64,000 nucleotides of DNA from an uncultured Methylomirabilota bacterium (GCA_963845565.1 CAWJSJ010000002.1:864001-928000), one strand, 5' to 3'; positions 40,071 through 51,437 are shown, counted from the stretch's first letter. Notes: generated by a model from the letters alone, not told the origin. Made by a program: numbers and translations.

Positions 40071-40508
40071 TTATCGATGGGAGGCCTGTGTCGCGGGCTG
40101 GAACGCCGAATCGCGATGCTCAGTCTCTGACAACGGGACGCTGGTGCCTTGGCTAGAGCCTTCCGACGCTGCCGAGAAGGCCACATGGATGACCGAGAAG
40201 GGCCCTTCCGGGTGCACGTGGGCACCTGGCGTCTCGTGGGATAGGGCGGATCGGCTCTTCCGAATCCACGCCCCCAAGAGCGCGAGGATTGCCAGGGCAA
40301 CACCATACTGGAACAGGGCAGGGTGCCCGAAGGCGGCGACCAAGCGGCTTCCACCCGCGCACAGGCCCACACTCACCATAAGAATGATGTACAGCGCACC
40401 CCACTGAATGGGTCTCGCTTTCTCTCGAGGCGGGAACGATTGTCGCGCTTGTCCGGCTCGCTCGGCCAAGGCCGGCGCGGCTGCAGATTCCATCGCCATG
40501 GATTTCAT
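40071..40508 (-). CDS. Hypothetical 2-TM membrane protein (paralog of 31294-31656)
   Basis: RBS GGAG. RPIQWGALY, then two hydrophobic helices, then WIRKSRSAL. Confidence 0.68.
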   Translation of the reverse strand: MKSMAMESAAAPALAERAGQARQSFPPREKARPIQWGALYIILMVSVGLCAGGSRLVAAFGHPALFQYGVALAILALLGAWIRKSRSALSHETPGAHVHPEGPFSVIHVAFSAASEGSSQGTSVPLSETEHRDSAFQPATQASHR

Positions 40509-40568
40509 GGGTCTCTCCAGAGGCTCGATGCGAGGGCACGCGACTGCCCTCAAATTCTCACCGTCTCC

Positions 40569-40645
40569 AATATAGGTCGGGTACGCCAATGGTCAACTCA
40601 AGATGTCGTCAGGGTCACGGCTTCCCGCGTCAAAAACGCGTAAAG
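40569..40645 (-). promoter_or_regulatory. Promoter with four putative KdpE boxes
   Basis: Minus: CTTTAC-5-TTTGAC-15-CCTGAC-5-CTTGAG-TTGACC-16-TATATT. Confidence 0.72.
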
Positions 40646-40831
40646 AGTGCAGGGGCAGCCGAGGCGTAGGCCGCGCATCGAACGGCGCCCGCAGAGGCGG
40701 GTCCATCGTCGGACCATGCCGAGTCGGGATATGGCGAACACGAGGAGCGCCCGGGGACGCCGTATAGCGGCAACAGGACATGGGCATCGCCCTGGAAGGC
40801 TATAAGCTGGCCCATGGAAACGCCGTCCATG

Positions 40832-40880
40832 ATAAGGAAGCCGTAAAAATCGGACTCTGAGACGTCAAGATTTCGTAAAG
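40832..40880 (-). promoter_or_regulatory. Fourth four-box array (same 11/21/11 spacing), plus an extra box pair at 40966-40982
   Basis: Minus: CTTTAC-5-CTTGAC-15-TTTTAC-5-CCTTAT; also CTTGAT-5-CTTGAC. Confidence 0.6.
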
Positions 40881-41060
40881 GTATCTTGCCTTCCGGTGGC
40901 TTCACGATAGAATCTGGCGCCCATATTTCCCTCTGAGGCGACCGTTTCCTGAGATGGCGCAACCCGTCAAGAATTCATCAAGGCCAGCCGGGCGCGCCAC
41001 AAGGGACTTTTTCGCCGCAGAGCGACAAGTCGTGAAACGGCTCTTGCGTGGGGACGGCGT

Positions 41061-42404
41061 ATGAAGACGATCGTGATCGGGGCGGGTGAGGTCGGCTACC
41101 ATATCGCGGAACGGCTGAGCCGCGAAGGGCATGACGTGGTGGTCATCGAGCAGGATCCGGCAATCCGGGCACGCGTCCAGGACGAACTCGATGTCATGAC
41201 CGTTGAGGGGAATGGGTCCTCGCCCAGGGTCCTGGAGGAGGCGGGAGTCCGCGAGGCACACATCCTCATCGCCGTCGCCGACATCGACGAGGTGAACGTG
41301 ACCGCGTGCATCCTAGCCAAGGAGTACGGCGTTGCCACGCGGATCGCGAGAGTGCGGGATCCCGATTTCAGCGAAAGCGAATTCCTGGGCCGCGGCAAGC
41401 GACTCGGCATTGATCTCCTCATCAATCCCAACATCGTGGTCGCCGAGGAGATCCTCGACCTGGTGAAGACCCCAGCGGCTGCTGAAGTCGGCAAGTTTGC
41501 GGAGGGGAAGGTCCGCATGCTGGGGATTCAGCTCCCCGCGAGGGCGCCGATCCTCGACCGGCCGCTGCGCTCCCTCAGAACATTTCACTCCACGACCCCC
41601 TTCCTGATCGTTGCCGTCATGCGCGACGGGAAGCTCATCGTGCCGGATGGCGAGACGACGCTCCAGGAAGGTGACCACATCTACTTCGTGAGCAAGCGAG
41701 AGTCGGTGAACGCCATCCTGACTCTCCTTGGGAAGAAGGAGAGCATCGTCGAACGGGTGATGGTCATCGGGGGAGGACGGATGGGCCTTCGGGTTGCGCA
41801 GATGCTGGAAGCGGAGCATTTTAAGGTGAAGCTCATGGAGCAGCGACAGGATCGCTGCGAGGAGCTGTCCGAGCTTTTGAAGGATACCCTGATCCTGCAC
41901 GGCGACGGTACGGATGTTCGCACCTTGCTCGAGGAGGGGATCGCCGAGATGGACGCGGTGGTCACCGTCACGGATGACGAGGCCACCAACATTCTGGCCG
42001 CGTTGTTGGCCAAGGAGCAGGGCGCGAAGAAGGTCATGGCCCTCATCAAGCGGCCGCAGTTGCTTCACCTCCTGCCCCATCTGGGGATCGACGCCGCCGT
42101 CAGTCCGCGGACTCTCACGGCGAACGTCATTCTGAAGTACGTTCGAAAGGGAAAGGTCCTGTCCATATTCGAGATGCCGGAGAGCGATGCCGAGACGCTG
42201 GAGATGATGGTGACCCCCCAGTCACGGGTCGCCGGCAAGGCGATCCGGGACGCAGGCCTGCCCTCGGGGGCAATCGTCGGTGCGGTCGTCCACCAGGGTG
42301 AGATCGTGATCCCGCGTGGGGACACCGTCTTCCGACCCGACGATCATGTGGTCATCTTCGCCATTCCATCCGCCATTCCCGAACTCGAAAAACATTTTGC
42401 CTGA
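41061..42404 (+). CDS. trkA: Trk system potassium transporter TrkA (tandem RCK)
   Basis: GAGEVG and GGGRMG Rossmann motifs, two RCK pairs, 447 aa. Confidence 0.93.
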   Translation: MKTIVIGAGEVGYHIAERLSREGHDVVVIEQDPAIRARVQDELDVMTVEGNGSSPRVLEEAGVREAHILIAVADIDEVNVTACILAKEYGVATRIARVRDPDFSESEFLGRGKRLGIDLLINPNIVVAEEILDLVKTPAAAEVGKFAEGKVRMLGIQLPARAPILDRPLRSLRTFHSTTPFLIVAVMRDGKLIVPDGETTLQEGDHIYFVSKRESVNAILTLLGKKESIVERVMVIGGGRMGLRVAQMLEAEHFKVKLMEQRQDRCEELSELLKDTLILHGDGTDVRTLLEEGIAEMDAVVTVTDDEATNILAALLAKEQGAKKVMALIKRPQLLHLLPHLGIDAAVSPRTLTANVILKYVRKGKVLSIFEMPESDAETLEMMVTPQSRVAGKAIRDAGLPSGAIVGAVVHQGEIVIPRGDTVFRPDDHVVIFAIPSAIPELEKHFA

Positions 42405-42419
42405 CGCGAGGGGCATCCC

Positions 42420-43873
42420 ATGGTGCGATTTGGCCTGGTGCTGAATCGAACGTCAATGGTCCTGGTGTGCATCGTTCCCTTCATGCTGACGGCGATCCCC
42501 TTCTCCCTCTACTACCGGACCGACGACATTCCGGCAATCCTCCTGGCCGCCGGGGCCACACTGATCGCCAGCCTTGCAATGTACTTCCTGACCTCCAAGG
42601 AGGGAGAGGCCAATCACAAAGAAGGTATCCTCATCACGACCCTGGGCTGGATCCTGGCCGCCGGATTCGGGGCGTTGCCGTTTTACTTCTACGGAACGTT
42701 CCCGACCTACACCGACTGCTACTTCGAGGCGATGTCAGGGTTTACCACGACGGGAGCCAGCGTGCTCGCCGAGATCGAGAAGCAGCCGGCGGGCATCCTG
42801 TTCTGGCGAAGCCTGACCCACTGGATTGGCGGCATGGGGATTGTGGTGCTCTCCCTGGCCATCCTGCCCGCCCTGGGCGCCGGGGGCATGCAGCTCTTCA
42901 AGGCAGAGGTGCCCGGGCCGACGGCCGACAAGCTGGTTCCTCGTCTGCGAGACACCGCCAAGCGGCTCTACGTGGTCTACACCATCATCTCGGCTGCGGA
43001 GGTGGTCTTTCTCCTGGCCGGCGGGATGTCTCTCTTCGACAGCCTGACCCACATGTTCGGGACCATGGGCACGGGAGGTTTCTCGCCGAAGAATGCCAGC
43101 GTCGGGTCACTACCAGAGCGCCTACGTCGATCTGGTCATCGCTGCCTTCATGTTTATCGCGGGGGCGAACTTCCTGCTTCACTACAACGCCATGGCCCGG
43201 CGGGATTTCAAGGCGTACCTCACGGACGAGGAATTCCGGTTCTACTCAGGCATCGTGGGCTTTTTCACGCTGACGGTCTCCCTGAACCTCCTGATCCAGA
43301 ACATCTACCCAACCCTTCTCCTCGCGTTGCGCCACTCCCTGTTTTCCGTGGTGTCCATCATCACCACCACGGGGTTTGCTACCGAGGATTTCGAGAAATG
43401 GCCGACCTATGGCCACTATGTCCTTCTGTTCTTGATGTTCGTGGGCGGCTGCGCGGGCTCAACCGGTGGAGCGTTCAAGTGCGTCCGGGTGTGGATGCTC
43501 TTGAAAGATCGCCGCGAACCAGGTGTTCCGGATCGTACACCCGAAAGCCGTGCGCACGATTCGCTACAACGGCCGTATCGTGCCGGCCGAGGTACTCTCT
43601 GGCACCCAGTCCATGTTCGTTCTCTACATGGCGGTCTTCATCTTGTCTTCGCTTTCCCTGGCCTGGCTGGGGCACGACGCCCTGACCGCCATCTCCGCGG
43701 TCGCCGCCACCCTCGGGAATGTGGGCCCTGGTTTGGGAACGGTGGGACCGGTGGACAATTACTCCCATTTCTCCTTGACGGCGAAGTGGATTTGTAGTTT
43801 CTCCATGCTCGTCGGTCGGCTGGAAGTGTACTCGGTGGTGGTGCTCTTCTTCCCGGAGTTCTGGCGGAAGTAG
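42420..43873 (+). CDS. trkH: Trk system membrane subunit TrkH (frameshifts near 43110 and 43510)
   Basis: FEAMSGFTTTG, WIGGMG, TGGFS, TTTGF, GGCAGSTGG, LGNVGPG and GRLE spread over three frames. Confidence 0.88.
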
Positions 43874-43971
43874 AAGGAGGCGAGGAGGGGTCAGGGTGCG
43901 GGGTCGGGGCGCAGGGGAGCGAGGCGAGAGGGCGACCGGACGTAGCCGCGGGTCGGTTCGGGCATAACGAG

Positions 43972-43997
43972 GGCCTCGGAGGAATTCCTCCGAGGCC
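43972..43997. terminator. Perfect palindrome between convergent trkH and kimA3
   Basis: ggcctcggagg aatt cctccgaggcc. Confidence 0.55.
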
Positions 43998-44023
43998 GTT
44001 CGCGTTTCGGCAGATGCCGACGA

Positions 44024-45850
44024 CTATCGCTCTAGGTGATATGGGATGCTGATCGCGACCTTGCCGCGCCGGAACAGGAGAGCGGCCTTGATCAGGAGGG
44101 CCGTCTGGTTGTGGAGCAAATGCTGCCACCACTTGGCCGGGACGAATTCCGGTAGGATGATGGTCATGTAGTCGCCGTCCCGCTGTTTCTCCATCTGGTC
44201 GATGTAATGGAGGATCGGGCTGGATCACCGATCGGTACGGGGATTCCAGCACCACCAGGGGAACGTCGGGCGCCCATTCGCTCCAGTGCATCTGGAGGCG
44301 CGCCGTGCTGGTGGAGTCCAGATCCACCGTCAAGGCGGTCACGTTGGGCGACATCGCCCTGGCGTACGTCAGCGCGGCAATCACCCCGCGGTTCATTCCC
44401 GCAACTAGGACGACGACCGGATGCCGGCCGAGCTTCGGCGGCCGGTAGCCGTAGACGTCGATCTGGCGAGCCATTTCCACATAGTGGCGTCGGATGGTGT
44501 AGAACATCAGGACGAGCGCCGGGATCACGACGACGACCATCCAAGCGCCGTCGGTGAAGCGGGTGATGCCGACCACCACCCAGCACGATCGCGGTCACGA
44601 CGGCGCCGAGCAGGTTGATCGCCGCATGATGCACCCACCGCGGCTCGCGAAGGCGGCTCCACCGCCGAACCATCCCGAGCTGGGATAGGGTGAACGACAG
44701 GAACACCCCCAGGGCATAGAGCGGCAGCAGGGCATGGGTGTCCCCCTGGAAGGCGATCAGGAGCCCCATGGAGAGACCGGACAGGATGAGAATGCCGTTC
44801 GAGTACACGAGCCGGTCGCCAAGGCTCGCGAACTGACGGGGCAGGTATCCGTCCTTGGCAAGGAGCGAGGAGAGCATGGGGAATCCGGCGTAGCAGGTAT
44901 TGGCCGCCAGCAGGAGGATGACCATGGTCGACGCCTGCACCGCCAGGTAGAGCGGCCCCCGGCCGAGGATCTGGGCCGCGAGCTGCGAGACGAGCGTTTC
45001 GCCTTCGTGTGGGAAGAAGATTGAACGCGTCGATCAGGAAGGCCAGCCCCATGAACATGGAGCCCAGAAGCGCCGCCATCCAGATGAGTGTGATGCCGGC
45101 GTTTCGAGTTTCCGGGGGCCGAAAGGCCTGAACGCAGTTGGCGACGGCCTCGATACCCGTCAGGGCCGTGCATCCGGCGGCGAAGGCGCGGAGGATCAGG
45201 AAGGTGCTCAGGGGAATCAGGGTGGCGGATTGGAGCGGGGGCAGATCCGGGGTCGGCACCGCCCATCAAGAGATGGATCAGCCCGCCACCGATCACGATG
45301 GCGATGCCCACCGACGAACCAGTAGGTCGGCACGGCAAAGATCTGGGCGGTCTCCCGGATGCCCCGCAGGTTGACGACGCAGAGAAACGTCACACACAGA
45401 ATCCCTAGCCAGACGCGAGCCGGGTACAAGCTCGGGAATGCCGAGGTGATCGCCGCCACGCCGGCCGCCACGCTGACGGCCACCGTCAGGACATAGCCGA
45501 CGAGGAGCGAGGCGCCCGCCACGAGTCCCGGGAGCGTTCCCAGGTTTTCCTTGGCCACGGTGTACGCGCCGCCACCGCCCGGGTAGGCGTGAATCGTCTG
45601 CCAGTACGAGCGTGGAGACGACGGCGATGAGCATGGTGATGGCCAGGGCGATGGGGACCGAGAATGGACAGGGCAGCGGTCCCGCCAATGCCAAGAAGAT
45701 CCGGATTTCCTCGGGGCCGTAGGCGACGGAGGACAGGGCGTCCGAGCAGAAGATGGCCAGGGCAGCGACCTTGCCCAGACGTTCGTGCTTGGCCTGGGCG
45801 GTCGCCATGGGACTGCCGACAAAGAGGCGCTTCAGGGCGGTGATCATCAT
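44024..45850 (-). CDS. kimA: KimA-like potassium importer, copy 3 (about six frameshifts)
   Basis: Fragments LKRLFVGSPM / SDALSSVAYG / AYPGGGGAY / LTGIEAV / LLPLYALGVF / SPYRS / ISIPYHLER* tile a full-length paralog. Confidence 0.78.
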
Positions 45851-45859
45851 GACGAGAGC

Positions 45860-46525
45860 CTATGCGGGTCCGACGAGAGCGTTCTTCAGCGCCGGTTCCG
45901 CTTTCACGGTACTGACGGCGAGCACTTCGTCGCCGACCTGAAGGCTGGTATCGCCGCGCGGGATGACCAGTTTGCCATCCCGGATGATGCTGACGATCAC
46001 GGTGTCGGCGGGAAGCTGCAGCTCGCGGATGGCCTTGCCCAGGGCCGGCGACCCTTCGGGCAAACGCATCTCGACCAGTGCGGCCTCGCCGCGATTGAGC
46101 TTGAGCAGGGTGACCAATTCGCCCAGGCCGATCTCCTCCTCGATGACCTTGGCGGTCAGGTGCACCTGGCTGATGGCCACGTCCACGCCCCAGGCTTTGG
46201 TGTAGAGCCACTCATTCTGTGGGTTGTTCACCCGGGCGATGACCCGCGCCACCTTGAACTGATGCTTGGCCAGACGGCAGACGACCAGGTTGTCCTCGTC
46301 GGCGTGCAACATGGCAACGACCAGTTTGGCTTGCGCTGCACCCACCTGTTCGAGGATCTGGGGGCTACAGCCGTCTCCGCAGAGGACTTCGCCGTCAATT
46401 TCCTGGCGCAGCTTGGCCACGACGTCCGGCCGCCGGTCCACGACTTTGACCTGATATCCTTGGCCCTGAAGGTCCCGAGCGAGGTACGAGCCGCCGCGCC
46501 CGCCGCCAACGATGACTGCCAACAT
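45860..46525 (-). CDS. TrkA-family RCK protein (CeoC-like)
   Basis: VIVGGGRGG, DEDNLV, ARVNNPQNEWLY and an RCK_C domain. Confidence 0.88.
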   Translation of the reverse strand: MLAVIVGGGRGGSYLARDLQGQGYQVKVVDRRPDVVAKLRQEIDGEVLCGDGCSPQILEQVGAAQAKLVVAMLHADEDNLVVCRLAKHQFKVARVIARVNNPQNEWLYTKAWGVDVAISQVHLTAKVIEEEIGLGELVTLLKLNRGEAALVEMRLPEGSPALGKAIRELQLPADTVIVSIIRDGKLVIPRGDTSLQVGDEVLAVSTVKAEPALKNALVGPA

Positions 46526-46541
46526 GGAACCCTCCTCGCCG

Positions 46542-47189
46542 TCAATGGGCGATCAGCTTCTCGATCGTGGGCAGGACCGACACCAGCGCCGTGATGTGCA
46601 GCTGGTCGCCAAGCTCCAGCTTCGTCTCCGCCGACGGGATCAAAGCCTGGCCCCGCCGGACCAGCGCGCCGACGACGATCTCGCCGGGTTTCGCCAGGTC
46701 CGCCACCGTCCGGCCCACCAATCCCTTGGGGACATCGAGACGCACCGATTCCACCTCGCCGCTTCCCAGCGTTGCCGTCGCGGACAGCGACGCCGTGACG
46801 AGCATGGTCTTCATGGTGTTGGCCGCCCACAGGGTCGGGGTGACCGTCGGGATGCCCTCGCGGCGATAGATCTCGGCAGCCTGCGGGTTGTAGATGCGCG
46901 CCACGACGTGGGGAACCTTGAAGGTCTCCTTGGCGGTCACCGCGACCACGATATTCACGTTATCGCTGTCCGTCGTCGCCGCCAGGGCGTCCGCGCTTTC
47001 TATGTCGGCCTTCTGCAGCATCTCCCGGTCGAACCCAATACCCGTGAGCATTCGACCGGTGAATTCGCGCGATAATCGCGAGAATGAGGCGGGGGTCTTG
47101 TCGATGACCACCACCTCGTGCCGCTCGGCAGACAGGGTGTTGGCCAGATCGGATCCCACGCGCCCGCACCCGACGATGATGACTCGCAT
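46542..47189 (-). CDS. TrkA-family RCK protein (CeoB-like)
   Basis: RBS GGAGG; IVGCGRVG, DNVNI and VARIYNP. Confidence 0.88.
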   Translation of the reverse strand: MRVIIVGCGRVGSDLANTLSAERHEVVVIDKTPASFSRLSREFTGRMLTGIGFDREMLQKADIESADALAATTDSDNVNIVVAVTAKETFKVPHVVARIYNPQAAEIYRREGIPTVTPTLWAANTMKTMLVTASLSATATLGSGEVESVRLDVPKGLVGRTVADLAKPGEIVVGALVRRGQALIPSAETKLELGDQLHITALVSVLPTIEKLIAH

Positions 47190-47277
47190 TCCAAACCTCC
47201 TCGTGCGCCGAGCACGAAACGGGTCGTGGAGTGCCGCGTTGGCTCTTCGCTCCCCGGAGCCCGAAAACTGGCGGCGT

Positions 47278-47306
47278 ATGCTACGACTGAGGCTGCCGTC
47301 TGTCAA
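47278..47306 (-). promoter_or_regulatory. Sigma70-type promoter for trkA-trkA-kimA3
   Basis: Minus TTGACA-17-TAGCAT. Confidence 0.6.
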
Positions 47307-47362
47307 GCGGGTAGGGCGGCGGGGCAGCTCTCAGCAACCGGCGACGTTCTGGTGCCTATCGG

Positions 47363-48034
47363 TCAGGACTCGCTGTCATTGGTGGGTGGTGGCGTGAGCG
47401 CCGACGGCGCGGCCGCGTCCGGCCGCTGACCGGGCGTGACGGCTTCGGCAAACCGTTGGAACTCGGCCAGGCCGGCCGCGTACCGGACGTACAGCGCGAT
47501 GAAGATGCCCAGCCCGATCACGGGCGTCCCGACGATGAAGACCGGGGAGAAAATATGCCACCCCTGCATGCGCACGATCTTGACCACGAACCAGACCAGA
47601 AATACCAGGAGGACGATCGCCAGGTTTCCAGACGTCTTCGCCGGCGTCAAGAGGGTCGCCCGGGCGTGCCGATACAGGGCGTACCGTGTCTCGGGGGCGT
47701 CGGGGGGGAGGAGGGCCTGCAGCAACGTTGGCAGGTGGGGAAACGTCGTCCGGCGGGCCGCGCGCGCCCGCGGGATGCCGAGCCAGCGCTCCGCGAGCAC
47801 CTCGCGCACCGCATCGATCACCAGGCCCACGGGGAAGGCCATGAGCACGGCCGAGATCAGGAAGTCCGTGTACAGCCCGTCGCCGCCCAGGATCTCTTGC
47901 ATGAGGGTCGTGTAGTACGAGCCGTCCTCGTGGTAGATCTCGTACATCACGGCCCACCCCGCGCACAGCACGAAGCCCGGAACTGCCTGCGCAAGGAGGA
48001 GCTCGTCCAGCAAGAACGCGCGGAACCGCCGCAT
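47363..48034 (-). CDS. Hypothetical membrane protein (about 4 TM)
   Basis: Four hydrophobic segments; TGATG overlap with the upstream gene. Confidence 0.65.
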   Translation of the reverse strand: MRRFRAFLLDELLLAQAVPGFVLCAGWAVMYEIYHEDGSYYTTLMQEILGGDGLYTDFLISAVLMAFPVGLVIDAVREVLAERWLGIPRARAARRTTFPHLPTLLQALLPPDAPETRYALYRHARATLLTPAKTSGNLAIVLLVFLVWFVVKIVRMQGWHIFSPVFIVGTPVIGLGIFIALYVRYAAGLAEFQRFAEAVTPGQRPDAAAPSALTPPPTNDSES

Positions 48035-48300
48035 CAGTCTCGTACCTCCGTGGGTGGGGCCGTTGGAACGTCCATGAGGATCAGTTCCCAGCCGTCGTGG
48101 TGGTCGTCCCGACGCAGGATGTACCGGATTCCATCCTCACCGGTGACCTTGAAATAGGCGTGATCTTCGCCGAGCCAGCGGTCCAGGATTTCCCGAACGG
48201 CGATTCGACGCTCCTGCAGCCAGAAGGCCTCGGGCCGCTCATCCGCCCGGTACCCTGAATGGCATTCCACGCGAAGCGGAATCGGGACGCCCCCTGCCAT
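48034..48300 (-). CDS. Small conserved hypothetical protein (DUF6504-like)
   Basis: VECHSGYRADERPEAF...ILDRWLG...YFKV...YIL...W pattern. Confidence 0.72.
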   Translation of the reverse strand: MAGGVPIPLRVECHSGYRADERPEAFWLQERRIAVREILDRWLGEDHAYFKVTGEDGIRYILRRDDHHDGWELILMDVPTAPPTEVRD

Positions 48301-48394
48301 TCCCACCCCTCCGGCCGCACTCTACCACCGTGCTTCCGGGCGGTCAATGCACGGTGGACGGAACTGGCGTGGCCCAGAGGCGGCACCACACAGG

Positions 48395-48836
48395 TCAGCG
48401 GAACGCCCAGCCGGCCGCGAAGGGGAGCGCCACGGCGAGGGCCAGGCCGAGCCAGACGGCGCCCGCAATCCGCCGAAGAGACCGGGCCGCACGGTCACGG
48501 ACCTGCCGCTCCATCTCCCCGAGCAGTGCCTCCCTCCCCGCCCCGATCTGGAACGCTCGGAGCAATGGTTTCGTTTCCAAGCGAACCCCGAAAGGCCATC
48601 AACACGCCCCCACAGAGCCCTGCGGCCGGCAGCAGGACCCTCGCCACGCCGAGTGCAACCTCGCGGTGGCTTCCGCCCTGCCAGGCGCCACCCAGCAGCC
48701 AGAGGATTCCGAAGAACGCCCCATGCACGAGTAGCACGGCCAGGACGAGGCGGATGCCCATCCGACGACGCACGCCCCGCCACAACTCCTGACTTCCCTC
48801 GCGAACGCGGCCCAGGAGTGCATCGCCAAGTGTCAT
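48395..48836 (-). CDS. Hypothetical membrane protein (probable frameshift near 48578)
   Basis: Two abutting hydrophobic ORFs (48495-48836 and 48395-48580) that join plausibly. Confidence 0.45.
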
Positions 48837-48877
48837 GGAAGCCCCTGTCGCCTCGGGTGCCGGTGGTCCTGCAAATG

Positions 48878-48911
48878 AAAACCCCCGGGCGGGGTCGCCG
48901 CCCGGGGGTTC
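48878..48911 (-). terminator. Rho-independent terminator of groESL
   Basis: Minus aacccccgggcgg-cgac-cccgcccgggggtttt. Confidence 0.8.
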
Positions 48912-48938
48912 TATACCCGCGGAACCGCGTGCGGGTCA

Positions 48939-50624
<1,686 letters not shown>

Positions 50625-50680
50625 TCAATAGATTGGGATGCATCCACCCGGTACGTTCGTGTCTGAAGTCTGCTCGAGGG

Positions 50681-50971
50681 TTACTGCAGGATGCCGAGGA
50701 CGTCCTCCTCGCGCATGATCAGGTACTCCTCGTCGCCCAGCTTCACTTCGCTCCCCGAGTACTTCCCGAAGAGGATCTTGTCGCCCACCTTCACCCCCAT
50801 CGGCTGCAACTTCCCGTCGTCCGTCACCTTGCCCGGGCCCACGGCGATGACTTCGCCCTCCTGCGGCTTCTCCTTGGCGGTATCCGGGATGATGATGCCG
50901 CCCTTCTTGGTCTCTTTCTCCTCCAGGCGCTTGACCAGGATCCGGTCCTGCAACGGCTTGAATTTCTTCAT
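50681..50971 (-). CDS. groS: Co-chaperonin GroES
   Basis: [23 protein letters not shown] and KYSG. Confidence 0.97.
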   Translation of the reverse strand: MKKFKPLQDRILVKRLEEKETKKGGIIIPDTAKEKPQEGEVIAVGPGKVTDDGKLQPMGVKVGDKILFGKYSGSEVKLGDEEYLIMREEDVLGILQ

Positions 50972-51174
50972 CGCGCTTCGCTCCTTTCGGGTTGATCGGG
51001 ACACCAGTCCGTTTGACTTGAAACGCCATCCCCGCGAGCGGGGCGAGACAGACCCGACAGGGGCTGCCGCATCGGCACGCCACTCAGGTCCGTCTCAACC
51101 ACAATCAGTTATCGGTGTTGGGTCTTCTTCGACTCGTCCGGTGGGTATTAGAAACCCCAACCTGTTTCTGACTA

Positions 51175-51201
51175 TTAGCACTCATCATCAGAGAGTGCTG
51201 A
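51175..51201. promoter_or_regulatory. CIRCE element (HrcA operator)
   Basis: TTAGCACTC-N9-GAGTGCTGA, one mismatch to consensus, upstream of groES. Confidence 0.92.
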
Positions 51202-51210
51202 CAACTACGG

Positions 51211-51239
51211 AATCTAATTCAACGAGCGAAGGTTTGCAA
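51211..51239 (-). promoter_or_regulatory. groESL sigma70-type promoter
   Basis: Minus TTGCAA-17-TAGATT immediately upstream of CIRCE. Confidence 0.65.
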
Positions 51240-51388
51240 GAGAAAAATTTCTCCATGAGCATGACTCCTCATCCGTGGTAGGCATTGGATGGGATATATT
51301 TCGATATTTCTCTGTATTCTTGCGTAATGTCTCGTTTTACGGGTTTCATCGCCTGGTCGTCGACCAGCACATCTCCGGCCCGAACCAT

Positions 51389-51417
51389 TTGCCACGACGC
51401 GAGTTTCTTGATATCGT
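51389..51417 (+). promoter_or_regulatory. alr promoter
   Basis: TTGCCA-17-TATCGT with an extended TG. Confidence 0.5.
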
Positions 51418-51437
51418 GAAACTGGGAGACGAGACGG

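Noticed and set aside
40593..40787. 64-aa ORF or SAH-riboswitch-like words in the intergenic region
   Set aside because: The ORF has a weak RBS, low-information composition and overlaps the operator. The riboswitch-like words are in the wrong order.
43874..43935. G-rich pseudo-periodic stretch (also 34465-34530, 19305-19340)
   Set aside because: These are one-armed and too degenerate to assign to the inverted-repeat family.
21092..47306. c-di-AMP (ydaO) riboswitch ahead of kimA/kdp/ktr
   Set aside because: The conserved GCUGAAUC and CCCGUCAGCUAAC-type segments were not found by eye in the intergenic regions. An Rfam scan would be decisive.
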